Source: Promethearchaeota archaeon Loki_b31 (GTDB lineage: Archaea > Asgardarchaeota > Lokiarchaeia > Sigyniarchaeales > SOKP01). From it: a stretch of DNA of 55,734 bases. Under the pieces are notes generated by a model. That model ran no database searches, had not been told where the DNA came from, and worked only from the letters and a program-made list of their open reading frames with translations. Shown here piece by piece: positions 28,850 to 38,322 of this stretch. How positions within the stretch are numbered: the stretch's first letter is position 1; each line of letters begins with the position of its first letter. Position numbers and translations under genes: made by a program. The stretch lies in NCBI GenBank assembly GCA_005222975.1, contig NJBI01000016.1, positions 1-55,734 on the forward strand, written 5' to 3'.

Positions 28850-28997
28850 AAATAAAATAGGGAATTTGTATAAAACCATGACTCCTGCCCCACCCTGGAT
28901 TTTTGTCTTTTGGTAGTGTGTTTTACACACTTATTTCGCCCTCCCCCTATTTTATTTCTGACCTTATCATTAGGTCGAGGTGGCAGGAGTCTCCCTT
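28850..28997. ncRNA. Candidate structured RNA
   Basis: GC-rich patch in a 670-bp AT-rich gap, with four complementary pairings, two of them crossing. Confidence 0.5.
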
Positions 28998-29266
28998 TTA
29001 TATCGATTTTATTTGATTATAATTTGCTCTGTGAGGTTTTTAAAACAAACATTTATCTTAAAGAATCTTAACTTTAGACGAAGATAAGACTTGAATTAAA
29101 TGAATTGTTGGATTTTAATAATTTATTAACTCTTTTTTAATAATAAATAATATTGATAATACTATTAATAATACGAAAGGTACGAAAACAAATAAATACA
29201 ATAATGTTTTTTCTAATCAAATAAATAATTATTTAATCATAATTTTGTTAAAAAAAATAAGTTAAA

Positions 29267-30976
29267 TTGATACTTATGACAGAAGAAATTATAAGACGAA
29301 CTACAAGCATATGTCCAGAATGTTTACAACTTATCGCAGCGGAAATCTATGTCGATCCTGAAACTAACTGGGTCATGATGAGAAAAAATTGTGAAGAACA
29401 CGGTGACTTTAAAGATAAACTCTCAATTGATCCAGAAGAATACAAATGGGGTGAGACCTTTACGGATGATGTCGGGTCTACTATAAATAATTCTACTAAA
29501 CCTGAATATTTAAGCTCAGGAATAAAAAAGAGTGTGAAAGGATGCCCATACGATTGCGGACTTTGCGAAAATCATCAAAGCGCTCCTAACATATGCCTTA
29601 TTGACATTACTAATCGTTGTAATTTAACATGTCCAATTTGTTTTGCAAACGCAAGCGCGAAAGGGTATGTTGTAGAACCCACATTTGATCAACTTGTTAA
29701 AATAATGGAACACTTCAGATCAATGAAACCCATCGCTGCTGTTATGTTACAAATATCTGGTGGAGAACCCACTATTAGAGATGACCTACCAGATATAATT
29801 CGTAAAGGGAAAGAACTTGGTTTTATTGAAGTTATGGTCACAACTAACGGCATCAGATTTGCAAAATCTATCGATTTCTTAGAACAATGTAAAGATGCCG
29901 GGATGGATGCCATCTATTTACAGTTTGATGCAACTGACGATCCAGAAGCCTGGAAAAAGGTACGGGGAGTTAACCTATGGCCTTTAAAAAAGCGAGTAAT
30001 CGAAAATTGTCGAAAAATAGGATACTTTGGAGTAATGCTAGTTCCCGTAATAGCTAAAGGCGTTAACGATCACGAAGTAGGTAACATTTTAGACTTCGCA
30101 AGGGATAATAGCGATGTGATTTCTGGAGTAGTGTTTCAACCAGTTGCTCTCTGTGGGCGAATAAGTTTCGAGGAATTAATGGATTTGAGATATACAAGTT
30201 CAGATCTAAAGGTAGCAATTAATAAACACACAAATAATGCAATACCAAGATTTTATCCCATAGCATTTACAGCAAAAATGACTAGATTATTAGCTTGGTT
30301 CGATAATGTGCCAGAGTTTAGTATGACGAGCCATAAAGACTGCGGATTCGCCAATATCATGATAATTGACGAAAAAGAGCAGTGGAAGTCGCTCGACCAT
30401 TATTTTGACGCGGAAGGGCTTGTAAGATGGTCAAATAAAGTTTATGACATGGTTCAAGGAAAAGAAGTTCCAAAACCTACGGGATTCTTAAAAGGTATAA
30501 ACCTAGAAGATTTTGGCGCTGTTGCCAGTACTGTTGGAAAATTCATTGACGATATGACCAACCTCGGATATCGGCAGATGATGAAGGCTTATTACTTTGC
30601 AGGCGCAGTTAAGTTTGTGAAGCAACCAGAGAAATTCTTAACCAGCAAAACTTATCAAGGTTTTGTACGATTGATTGTGTCTCCGAATTTAGCCTCTGCG
30701 GCGAGTTTCTTGCATACGCGCAATCTAATGATCAGTGCGATGCATTTCCAGGACGCTTACAACTTTGATCTCGATAGAGTTAGCAAATGTTTGGTACACT
30801 ATGGTGTAATTGACCCTGAAGACCACTCAAAAGTTTTAGAAATCCCGTTTTGCGCTATGAACACGCTACATAGAGAACGCATCGAATTGGGCAACGCCAT
30901 TACAGATCAAATTGCCAAAAAGCCAGATATTATCCAAGCTGAAATAAAGGAATTGTTAGAAACTGTTAAAGAATAA
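29267..30976 (+). CDS. tes: Tetraether lipid synthase (Tes/GDGT-MAS radical SAM)
   Basis: N-terminal SICPEC...CEEHG, CPYDCGLC..H, TNRCNLTCPICFA, MHFQDAYNFDLDRV..C, IPFCAMN. Confidence 0.87.
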   Translation: MILMTEEIIRRTTSICPECLQLIAAEIYVDPETNWVMMRKNCEEHGDFKDKLSIDPEEYKWGETFTDDVGSTINNSTKPEYLSSGIKKSVKGCPYDCGLCENHQSAPNICLIDITNRCNLTCPICFANASAKGYVVEPTFDQLVKIMEHFRSMKPIAAVMLQISGGEPTIRDDLPDIIRKGKELGFIEVMVTTNGIRFAKSIDFLEQCKDAGMDAIYLQFDATDDPEAWKKVRGVNLWPLKKRVIENCRKIGYFGVMLVPVIAKGVNDHEVGNILDFARDNSDVISGVVFQPVALCGRISFEELMDLRYTSSDLKVAINKHTNNAIPRFYPIAFTAKMTRLLAWFDNVPEFSMTSHKDCGFANIMIIDEKEQWKSLDHYFDAEGLVRWSNKVYDMVQGKEVPKPTGFLKGINLEDFGAVASTVGKFIDDMTNLGYRQMMKAYYFAGAVKFVKQPEKFLTSKTYQGFVRLIVSPNLASAASFLHTRNLMISAMHFQDAYNFDLDRVSKCLVHYGVIDPEDHSKVLEIPFCAMNTLHRERIELGNAITDQIAKKPDIIQAEIKELLETVKE

Positions 30977-31114
30977 TTTTTTTTCTTTAATTTTTAGATG
31001 TTTTTATACTATTTTTTAATTTTTTTCTAATTTGATATTTATTTATATAATTAAGAAAGTTAATTTTGAAATAGTAATTCTAAATTATAATTAAATTGTA
31101 AACTATAACATGAA

Positions 31115-32872
31115 GTGAAAAAGGTTATTATTATGAATATTTTATTAAATCCGAAACAACATAAAAGGTATTATCCGGACGCGAAGTCAAAAGAGATTAT
31201 GCTTAAAACCATAGAATTTTTCGAAAACAAAGGGAAAGCGAAAATTAAGGAGGATGATCATAAGCGAGTATGGTATTCTGATTTCCTTGAATTTCAAAAA
31301 AAAAATAAGATTTTTGCCCAACTATTAACCCCGTCTCAATACGGAGAAGACGAGAATTATCGATGGGATACATGGAGAATATGTGAGTTTAATGAAATTA
31401 TTGCATTTTATGGACTGGCCTATTGGTATACTTGGCAGGTTACAATTCTAGGACTCGGACCTATTTGGATGAGTAAAAATGAAAAAGCAAAGGAGAAAGC
31501 AGCGAAATTAATTGAGGAAGGCGCTATATTTGCGTTCGGACTATCTGAGAAAGCACATGGCGCAGATATTTATGGAACGGAAATGGCATTAACTCCTCAA
31601 GAAGATGGTTCATATAAAGCTAATGGAGAAAAGTATTATATTGGTAATGGTAACGAAGCGGCAATGGTCTCAAACTTCGGTAAATTTGCTGATAAAGATG
31701 GCAATATCCCTCCCTATGACATGAAAAATAAAGAACAATACGTTTTCTTTATAGCAAATTATAAACACAAAAACTATGAATTAATAAAAAATGTCTGCGA
31801 CAGTCAAAATTATGTTGCAAATTTTGCACTTCACGATTATCCCATAACCGAAGAAGATATCCTTTCCAAAGGAGAAGAGGCGTGGAATTCATCCCTTAAC
31901 ACGGTTAACGTGGGGAAATATAATTTAGGATGGGCTTCAATAGGACTTTGTACACATGCATTTTATGAAGCAATTCATCATGCAGCTAATCGAAGGCTCT
32001 ATAATATGTATGTGACTGATTTTCAGCATGTTAAACAAAACTTTGTTGATGCTTATACTCGTTTAGTTGCTATGAAATTATTTGGGCTAAGAACGGCTGA
32101 TTATATGAGAATAGCATCTAATAAAGACCGTCGATATCTACTTTATGCTCCCGCTATGAAAATGAAAACAACTACTCAAGGAGAGGAAGTTATCAATCTT
32201 TTATGGGATGTGATTGCGGCAAAAGGCTTCGAAAAAGATATGTTTTTTGAAAGCGCTGCAAGGGATATTCGTGCTTTACCGAAACTTGAAGGCACCGTTC
32301 ATGTAAATATCGCCTTAATTTTGAAATTTATGATGAACTTCTTTATGAATCATAAGAAATATGAGGAGTTTCCAAGACAAGATCAAGCTAAAGACGATAC
32401 ATTCCTTTTTAATCAAGGTCCAACTCGTGGGTTGGGAAGGGTTCGTTTTCATGATTGGAAACCAGCGTTTGAGCAATTTGATTTACCTAATGTCAAAATC
32501 TTTTTGGAACAAATTAAGATGTTTAACCTTATGGGCGTAAAGGCTATGCCTAGTATCGAACAACAAAAAGATATGGACTTCATGCTTTCAGGGATTGGCG
32601 AAATCTTTTCTCTTATTGTATACGCCCATTTAATCATTGAAAACGCTAAAATATATGATATTGGTGAAGATACTATAGACCAAATATTTGGTTTTCTAGT
32701 GAGAGACTTTTCCAAATACGCATTAAATCTATATAATAAAACTAGTACTACTCCTGAACAGATGGAATGGTGTTTGAAGATGATTAAGAAGCCTAATGTC
32801 GATCCTGAGCGGTTTGGTAAAGTGTGGAAGATAGTTCATTCATTAAAGGACGCATATGAAATGAATGAATAA
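31115..32872 (+). CDS. Acyl-CoA dehydrogenase family protein
   Basis: FGLSEKAHGAD, NGEKYYIGNG, PKLEGT. Confidence 0.9.
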   Translation: MKKVIIMNILLNPKQHKRYYPDAKSKEIMLKTIEFFENKGKAKIKEDDHKRVWYSDFLEFQKKNKIFAQLLTPSQYGEDENYRWDTWRICEFNEIIAFYGLAYWYTWQVTILGLGPIWMSKNEKAKEKAAKLIEEGAIFAFGLSEKAHGADIYGTEMALTPQEDGSYKANGEKYYIGNGNEAAMVSNFGKFADKDGNIPPYDMKNKEQYVFFIANYKHKNYELIKNVCDSQNYVANFALHDYPITEEDILSKGEEAWNSSLNTVNVGKYNLGWASIGLCTHAFYEAIHHAANRRLYNMYVTDFQHVKQNFVDAYTRLVAMKLFGLRTADYMRIASNKDRRYLLYAPAMKMKTTTQGEEVINLLWDVIAAKGFEKDMFFESAARDIRALPKLEGTVHVNIALILKFMMNFFMNHKKYEEFPRQDQAKDDTFLFNQGPTRGLGRVRFHDWKPAFEQFDLPNVKIFLEQIKMFNLMGVKAMPSIEQQKDMDFMLSGIGEIFSLIVYAHLIIENAKIYDIGEDTIDQIFGFLVRDFSKYALNLYNKTSTTPEQMEWCLKMIKKPNVDPERFGKVWKIVHSLKDAYEMNE

Positions 32873-33229
32873 TATTAAGTATTTTTCTTTACTTTTTTTT
32901 CTTTACTTTTTATATAGTTTAAATCCTAATTTTTAATTTTTTTCTAATTTTTAAGGATATATTAATTTTAATGAAATTACATCCTAATTTAGAAAGCAAA
33001 AGCGTTTTATACTTAAAATAAACAACTAACATGAATTTTGTTGAAAGAGAAATAGTTAATATTGGGAAAATAAAACTAACATTGAAAAAAAAACCTTAAA
33101 TGTTTTAAAAATTCTAAAAATATAGAGCTAGGCAACACGGAGATTTTAGCAAATAAATTAGCTTTTTAAGTTTAACATTAATATCTAAAGTTATAACATG
33201 TATAAAAATGATTTATTAATTCAGACTCT

Positions 33230-33820
33230 ATGGCAAATAATTCGGAAATAATAGGGGAATATCGAGGAATAGTTAAAAATAGAGTACTAACCGCGTTATT
33301 GCAATCTTATTTAGATAACTTAGATTACGATGGGATGAAATCGATATTGAGAGAAGCCGAATTATTGGAACTAAAAGATATAAGAGATGTAGATCCCGAT
33401 GGTGTAATTGACTTCTTTTCTTTTAAAAAAATTATATCTGCTCAAAATTGTTTGTTGTACGATTCTACTAAATTATTATACGAAATTGGACGGAAGTTCT
33501 CGTTTTATTTGTTTCCTTTTGGAAAAGATTTCGGAGAAATAATTAAAGAAATTAATCAATTGATTGATGCTGATTGGCAAGTTAAAATTGTGGAAAGCAC
33601 ACCTGAATTGGTGGTCATTCGAGTTGATAAATGTATGTTTTGTTCAGAAATTGGAGTTTCTTGTGATTTATTCAAAGGCTTTATAATTCATTCGTTGGAA
33701 AAAAATTTACCTTCGGGTTTTTGCGTGGTTCCATTTGGAACCATAAAAGAGAACGTTAGCGATCCAAATCACAACTCATTTATTTTGAAATTAAAAATTG
33801 AGAAAACATTTATATCCTAA
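33230..33820 (+). CDS. V4R-like domain protein
   Basis: YEIGRKF...VDKCMFC...CDLFKGFI. Confidence 0.6.
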   Translation: MANNSEIIGEYRGIVKNRVLTALLQSYLDNLDYDGMKSILREAELLELKDIRDVDPDGVIDFFSFKKIISAQNCLLYDSTKLLYEIGRKFSFYLFPFGKDFGEIIKEINQLIDADWQVKIVESTPELVVIRVDKCMFCSEIGVSCDLFKGFIIHSLEKNLPSGFCVVPFGTIKENVSDPNHNSFILKLKIEKTFIS

Positions 33821-33901
33821 AATAACAAAAGCTTATATATAACAAAAATCAAAATAAATTTTGTTGTATTTATATCTTTTATAAAAATCACAAGTCATTA
33901 A

Positions 33902-34474
33902 TTGGTAAAATTGCCAGCAGATGGATTATCCACAGAAACAAAGGAATATGTTTTTAAAATCACAATTCTAGGAGATTCAGCCGTTGGTAAGACGTCACTT
34001 ATTAATCAATTTGTAGAAAGCTCGTTTGAAGACGACTACAAACCTACATTAGGAGCTAATATAATCAGGAAGGATGTTACTATAGGCGATGTTAACGCAA
34101 AAGTGCGATTAATAATGTGGGATCTTGCAGGTCAAGAAAAGTATAACGTTATAAGGTCTATGTACTTCCAAGGATGTGTTGGTGCATTATTAGTTTTTGA
34201 TCTTACACGGCATAACACCTTTGACAATATTAAGTCAAAATGGTTAAAGGATTTTAAAAATTATGTCAAAAAAGAAGGCGCATACATATTAATCGGCAAT
34301 AAAGTCGATTTAAAAGACCAACGCGCAGTCACTAATGAAGAGGGTACTAACCTCGCTAAAGAGGTTAATGCTAGCGATTTTATTGAAACGAGCGCTAAAT
34401 ATGGCGAAAATGTAGAGAAGGCCTTTAAAAACCTAGTTTTCCAGATCTTGAGAAACTATGGAGAAAAAATTTGA
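33902..34474 (+). CDS. Rab-like small GTPase
   Basis: GDSAVGKTS, WDLAGQE, NKVD, ETSAK; no C-terminal prenylation Cys. Confidence 0.95.
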   Translation: MVKLPADGLSTETKEYVFKITILGDSAVGKTSLINQFVESSFEDDYKPTLGANIIRKDVTIGDVNAKVRLIMWDLAGQEKYNVIRSMYFQGCVGALLVFDLTRHNTFDNIKSKWLKDFKNYVKKEGAYILIGNKVDLKDQRAVTNEEGTNLAKEVNASDFIETSAKYGENVEKAFKNLVFQILRNYGEKI

Positions 34475-34542
34475 GATAAAATTGGTTGGTTAAGAAATCT
34501 TCAATTATATTTCTTTTAAATTAGTAATCATTCTATTTAATT

Positions 34543-35694
34543 ATGAAGGAGTTATCAAAAAAGGTTAATTTAGCACCAAGATCGAAGATTAGAGAACTTT
34601 TCAATCTTGCCGCAGGGCGCTCTGATGTTATAAGCTTGGGAATTGGACAACCAGATTTCCCAACCCCTGAACCTGCAATAAAAGGAAATATTAAGGCGTT
34701 AAATGAGAAAATTACATATTATGCTCCGACTAAAGGCGTTCCAGAATTATTGCAGCAACTTGAACATAAATTGAAATCAGCGAATAACATTGAAGCAAAT
34801 TGGAAAGAAAACATTATTGTTACTAACGGGGGCTCACAAGCGCTTAATCTCACGTTTGCTTCGTTGTTTAATCCTAGTGATGAGCTTATTATATCGTCTC
34901 CAAATTTTATCTCATATTTCTATTTATGTGTTTTTTTTGGCGTAAAAGTAATTGAAGTTGAGAGGAAGAATGATTTTAGTCCAGATATCGAGAAAATAAA
35001 AAAATTAATCACCGATAAAACTAAAGCGATTTTGATAAATTCGCCTAACAACCCTACAGGACATTCTTTAAGCAGAAATGAATTACAAGGAATGGTTGAA
35101 ATTGTTAAGAATAATGATTTGTATTTAATCTCCGACGAAGTTTACGAGAATTACCTTTACGATGGGACGGAACATACGAGTCCAGCTTCGTTAAAAGGTA
35201 TGTTTGAACGGACTATTACCTTAAACGCTATGTCAAAACTGTATTCCGCTACGGGATTTAGATTGGGATATGTGGCTGCTAATAAAGAAATTATTGATTT
35301 AATGGAAAAATACCATCAATACACAGCAGCAGGCACAAATCACGCGGCTCAATATGGTTTCTTAGAGGCTTTGAAAATGGGAATTGGCTTTTTTGACGAG
35401 ATTTTGGAGAGTTTTAATACAAGACGTTTACTAGCTTATAACCGGCTAAAGGAAATGGGTTTTGAAGTTGTAAAACCGAAAGGAGCGTTTTATATTATGC
35501 CAAAAATTAACCAATTTGGTCTTACGGGAGCTGAATTTTCGAAAAAAATAATGGAAGATCAAGCAGTTGCAGTAGTACCGGGTAATATATTTGGATCCTA
35601 CTCAGAATACATGTTAAGAATGTCGTATGCTACGAAATTAGAAAGGCTTGAAGAAGCTATGGATAGGGTCGAAAAATTTGTTAAAACTTTATGA
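34543..35694 (+). CDS. Class I/II PLP aminotransferase (AspAT-like)
   Basis: GQPDF, NSPNNPTG, SDEVY, SKLYSATGFRLG. Confidence 0.93.
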   Translation: MKELSKKVNLAPRSKIRELFNLAAGRSDVISLGIGQPDFPTPEPAIKGNIKALNEKITYYAPTKGVPELLQQLEHKLKSANNIEANWKENIIVTNGGSQALNLTFASLFNPSDELIISSPNFISYFYLCVFFGVKVIEVERKNDFSPDIEKIKKLITDKTKAILINSPNNPTGHSLSRNELQGMVEIVKNNDLYLISDEVYENYLYDGTEHTSPASLKGMFERTITLNAMSKLYSATGFRLGYVAANKEIIDLMEKYHQYTAAGTNHAAQYGFLEALKMGIGFFDEILESFNTRRLLAYNRLKEMGFEVVKPKGAFYIMPKINQFGLTGAEFSKKIMEDQAVAVVPGNIFGSYSEYMLRMSYATKLERLEEAMDRVEKFVKTL

Positions 35695-35702
35695 ATATTT
35701 AA

Positions 35703-36857
35703 TTATTTATCTTTTTCTTTGCTGTAAGTTTGTAGGAGAGCGTTTGTTAAAAACTCCGTTGCTTGAAATACTTGTTCTAATTCAATAAATTCATCTATTT
35801 TATGAATATTGTTTGGATCTCCCGGGCCAAATATTACAAAAGGGATTGGACTATTAACACTAATGAGATGAGCGGCATCAGTTGCATAGGATAAACCTAA
35901 AAGCTCGCTTTTAGAAACTCTTTTTAGGTTTTGAATGAATAGATGGTTTGAGTCTGTTTGAAGAGCCGGCAACTCTTTTAAAATCTCAATATTTATTGGA
36001 AATTTAATGAGTTGTAAATTATCTAAATTATTAATTAAAGTGTTATGATCTTGTTCGGGGATTAACCTATAGTCAATATCTAAGACAGCTTGATCTGGAA
36101 CTATATTAATTGCGGTACCTCCACTAATTTTTCCAATATTCAATGTTGATTTTCCTAAAACAACATTTCTTTTTTTTTCTAAACAATTATATAATTGAGG
36201 AATAATTTTTATTGCTCCTTCAATTGCATTAATTCCTTCATGGGGCATTGATCCGTGAGCAGATTTTCCAATAATTTTCAATTTAACCCATAACAAACCT
36301 TTTTCAGCAATTCCTATCTTTAAATTTGTAGGTTCTGCTATTATTAGAAGGATTGAGTTGTTCATAACCCCTTGTTTTGAAAGAGAAAGAGAACCCATCA
36401 TTCCTATTTCTTCATCAGCAGTTCCTACAAACACTAACTTATATTTCTCTAAAAAACGGGGAATTTTACTTAAAATTTTTATCACGCCAATTAAGGACGC
36501 TATACCACCTTTCATATCAGCTGAACCACGACCATATAATCTACCATTTTTAATTTCAGCGGAAAAAGGATGGTATTTCCATTGAGCGGGATCCCCTGTA
36601 GGTACTACATCAAAATGTCCAGATAAGACAATTTTTTCCTTTCCATTTCCAATAGTAGATATAAGATTATGAAGTTCTACACCATTTTTTCTATTAATAA
36701 CTACCTGGTTTTGAAAACCGTGTTCTTCTTTAAAGACATCTAAGATGAGAAATTTTACTACACTTGCAGTTATACCAGGAGGATTTTCTGTAGGTAGTTG
36801 AACTAAGTTTTTTAAAATTAAAATAATTTCATCTCTTAGGGGTTTTGAAATCTTCAT
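35703..36857 (-). CDS. M20 metallopeptidase/deacylase (ArgE/DapE-like)
   Basis: SGHFDVVP, GRGSADMKGG, DEE, AEPT, HKIDE. Confidence 0.92.
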   Translation of the reverse strand: MKISKPLRDEIILILKNLVQLPTENPPGITASVVKFLILDVFKEEHGFQNQVVINRKNGVELHNLISTIGNGKEKIVLSGHFDVVPTGDPAQWKYHPFSAEIKNGRLYGRGSADMKGGIASLIGVIKILSKIPRFLEKYKLVFVGTADEEIGMMGSLSLSKQGVMNNSILLIIAEPTNLKIGIAEKGLLWVKLKIIGKSAHGSMPHEGINAIEGAIKIIPQLYNCLEKKRNVVLGKSTLNIGKISGGTAINIVPDQAVLDIDYRLIPEQDHNTLINNLDNLQLIKFPINIEILKELPALQTDSNHLFIQNLKRVSKSELLGLSYATDAAHLISVNSPIPFVIFGPGDPNNIHKIDEFIELEQVFQATEFLTNALLQTYSKEKDK

Positions 36858-36934
36858 TTTCTAATTAGTATGATTTTTGTTCTTATTTTAATTTAATAAA
36901 AAGTTATATTTTTTATAAAAAAGTATTAAATATA

Positions 36935-38120
36935 ATGCAATAATCATTTTGATTTTGATGAATATATCGATCGGTCAAATACCCATTCAGAGAAATGGGA
37001 TGGTGTTAGTCATATCTTCCAAAAACCTAATCTTTTACCATTATGGGTAGCAGATATGGACTTTCTTGCACCACTTCCTATTAGAAAGGCACTTATCAAG
37101 CGGGCAAAGCATGGAATATATGGTTACACATTTTTTCCGACTGAGTATTATACTGCTGTAATTAACTGGTTTAAACGGCGCCACAATTGGGATATAAAGA
37201 AAAATTGGATTACTTATACACCAGGTGTTATTCCTGGAATCAATCTAACAATTCAGTCATTCAGTAAATCTCGTGATAAAATTATTATTCAGAATCCAGC
37301 TTATCCTCCATTTTTTAGTGCAGTGAGAAATAATGATAGAAGACGATTATTAAACCCATTAAGGTTTTCTAATAAATATTATGAGATTGATTTTGAAGAT
37401 TTAGAAGTTAAAACTAAAATGCCGTCCACGAGAATTTTAATTTTGTGTAATCCGCATAATCCTACTGGACGTGTTTGGACAAAAAAAGAATTGATTCATC
37501 TTGGAGAAATCTGTTTACAAAATAATATTTTAGTGCTTTCAGATGAAATTCATTGCGACTTAATCTATCCCAAATATAAGCACATACCATTTGCATCGAT
37601 ATCAGATGAATTTGCCCAAAATTCAATAACATGTACTTCTCCAAGTAAAACATTTAATTTGCCTGGTTTAAAAGTATCCAATATTATAATACCTAACCAA
37701 AAACTCCGTAATATATTTAGGAAATCTTGTCAAAGTATTGGAATCACACAAGCTACTTGTTTTGGATCGATTGCTCTTGAAGTAGCATATAATAACTGTG
37801 AGAATTGGTTAGCTGAGGCGATTTTATACATACAAAAGAATCTAGAGTTTTTAAAAGCATATCTTGAAGAAAGTCTACCGGAGCTCGAGATAATCGAACC
37901 TGAAGGGACCTACTTCGCCTGGATTGATTTTAGAAAATTGGGATTCGATGCTAATCAATTAAGTACAATCATGCTTGAAAAAGCAAAAGTAGCATTGTTT
38001 GAAGGTTATCTATTTTGAAAAGGTGGTAAGGGTTTTAATCGGATAAATCTTGCTTGCCCACGCTCTATTTTAGAAAGGGCTTTAAATCAAATCACAAAAG
38101 CCATAAAGGATAGTTTATAA
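36935..38120 (+). pseudogene. MalY/PatB cystathionine beta-lyase-like PLP enzyme, disrupted as assembled
   Basis: FDFDEYIDRSNTHSEKWD...LWVADMDF, CNPHNPTG, SDEIH, SPSKTFN. ATG 36935 is 1 nt out of frame. An in-frame TGA at 38016 is followed by KGGKGFNRINLACPRS. Confidence 0.8.
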
Positions 38121-38177
38121 GGTTTGAAATATGAAACACATAGAAGGAGAAAAGTTGTACCAAAAATTGTTGGATAA

Positions 38178-38303
38178 CCCTTTCGAACGAGAAAGGGGAT
38201 AGCGTTTCTTTTTTCTACGAGAAAGAAGAAGACCTAAAGGAAGCCTTGCGAAAGGCACACGTTCCCCTAGACGAGTTTAGCGGTTCGCCACCCGAAACAA
38301 ACT
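38178..38303. ncRNA. Cluster of four hairpins between convergent genes
   Basis: CCCTTTC/GAAAGGG, TTCTTTTTTCT/AGAAAGAAGAA, GCCTT-GCGA-AAGGC and AGTTT...AAACT; GC-rich. Confidence 0.4.
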
Positions 38304-38322
38304 AAGTAAAATCTTCTTTTTT

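Noticed and set aside
38231-38270. GAA-GCC-loop-GGC-A resembling an archaeal SECIS, downstream of the malY in-frame TGA and near pstK
   Set aside because: The lower stem flanking GAA/A does not pair, the TGA aligns with Gly rather than Cys, and the gene also has a start frameshift.
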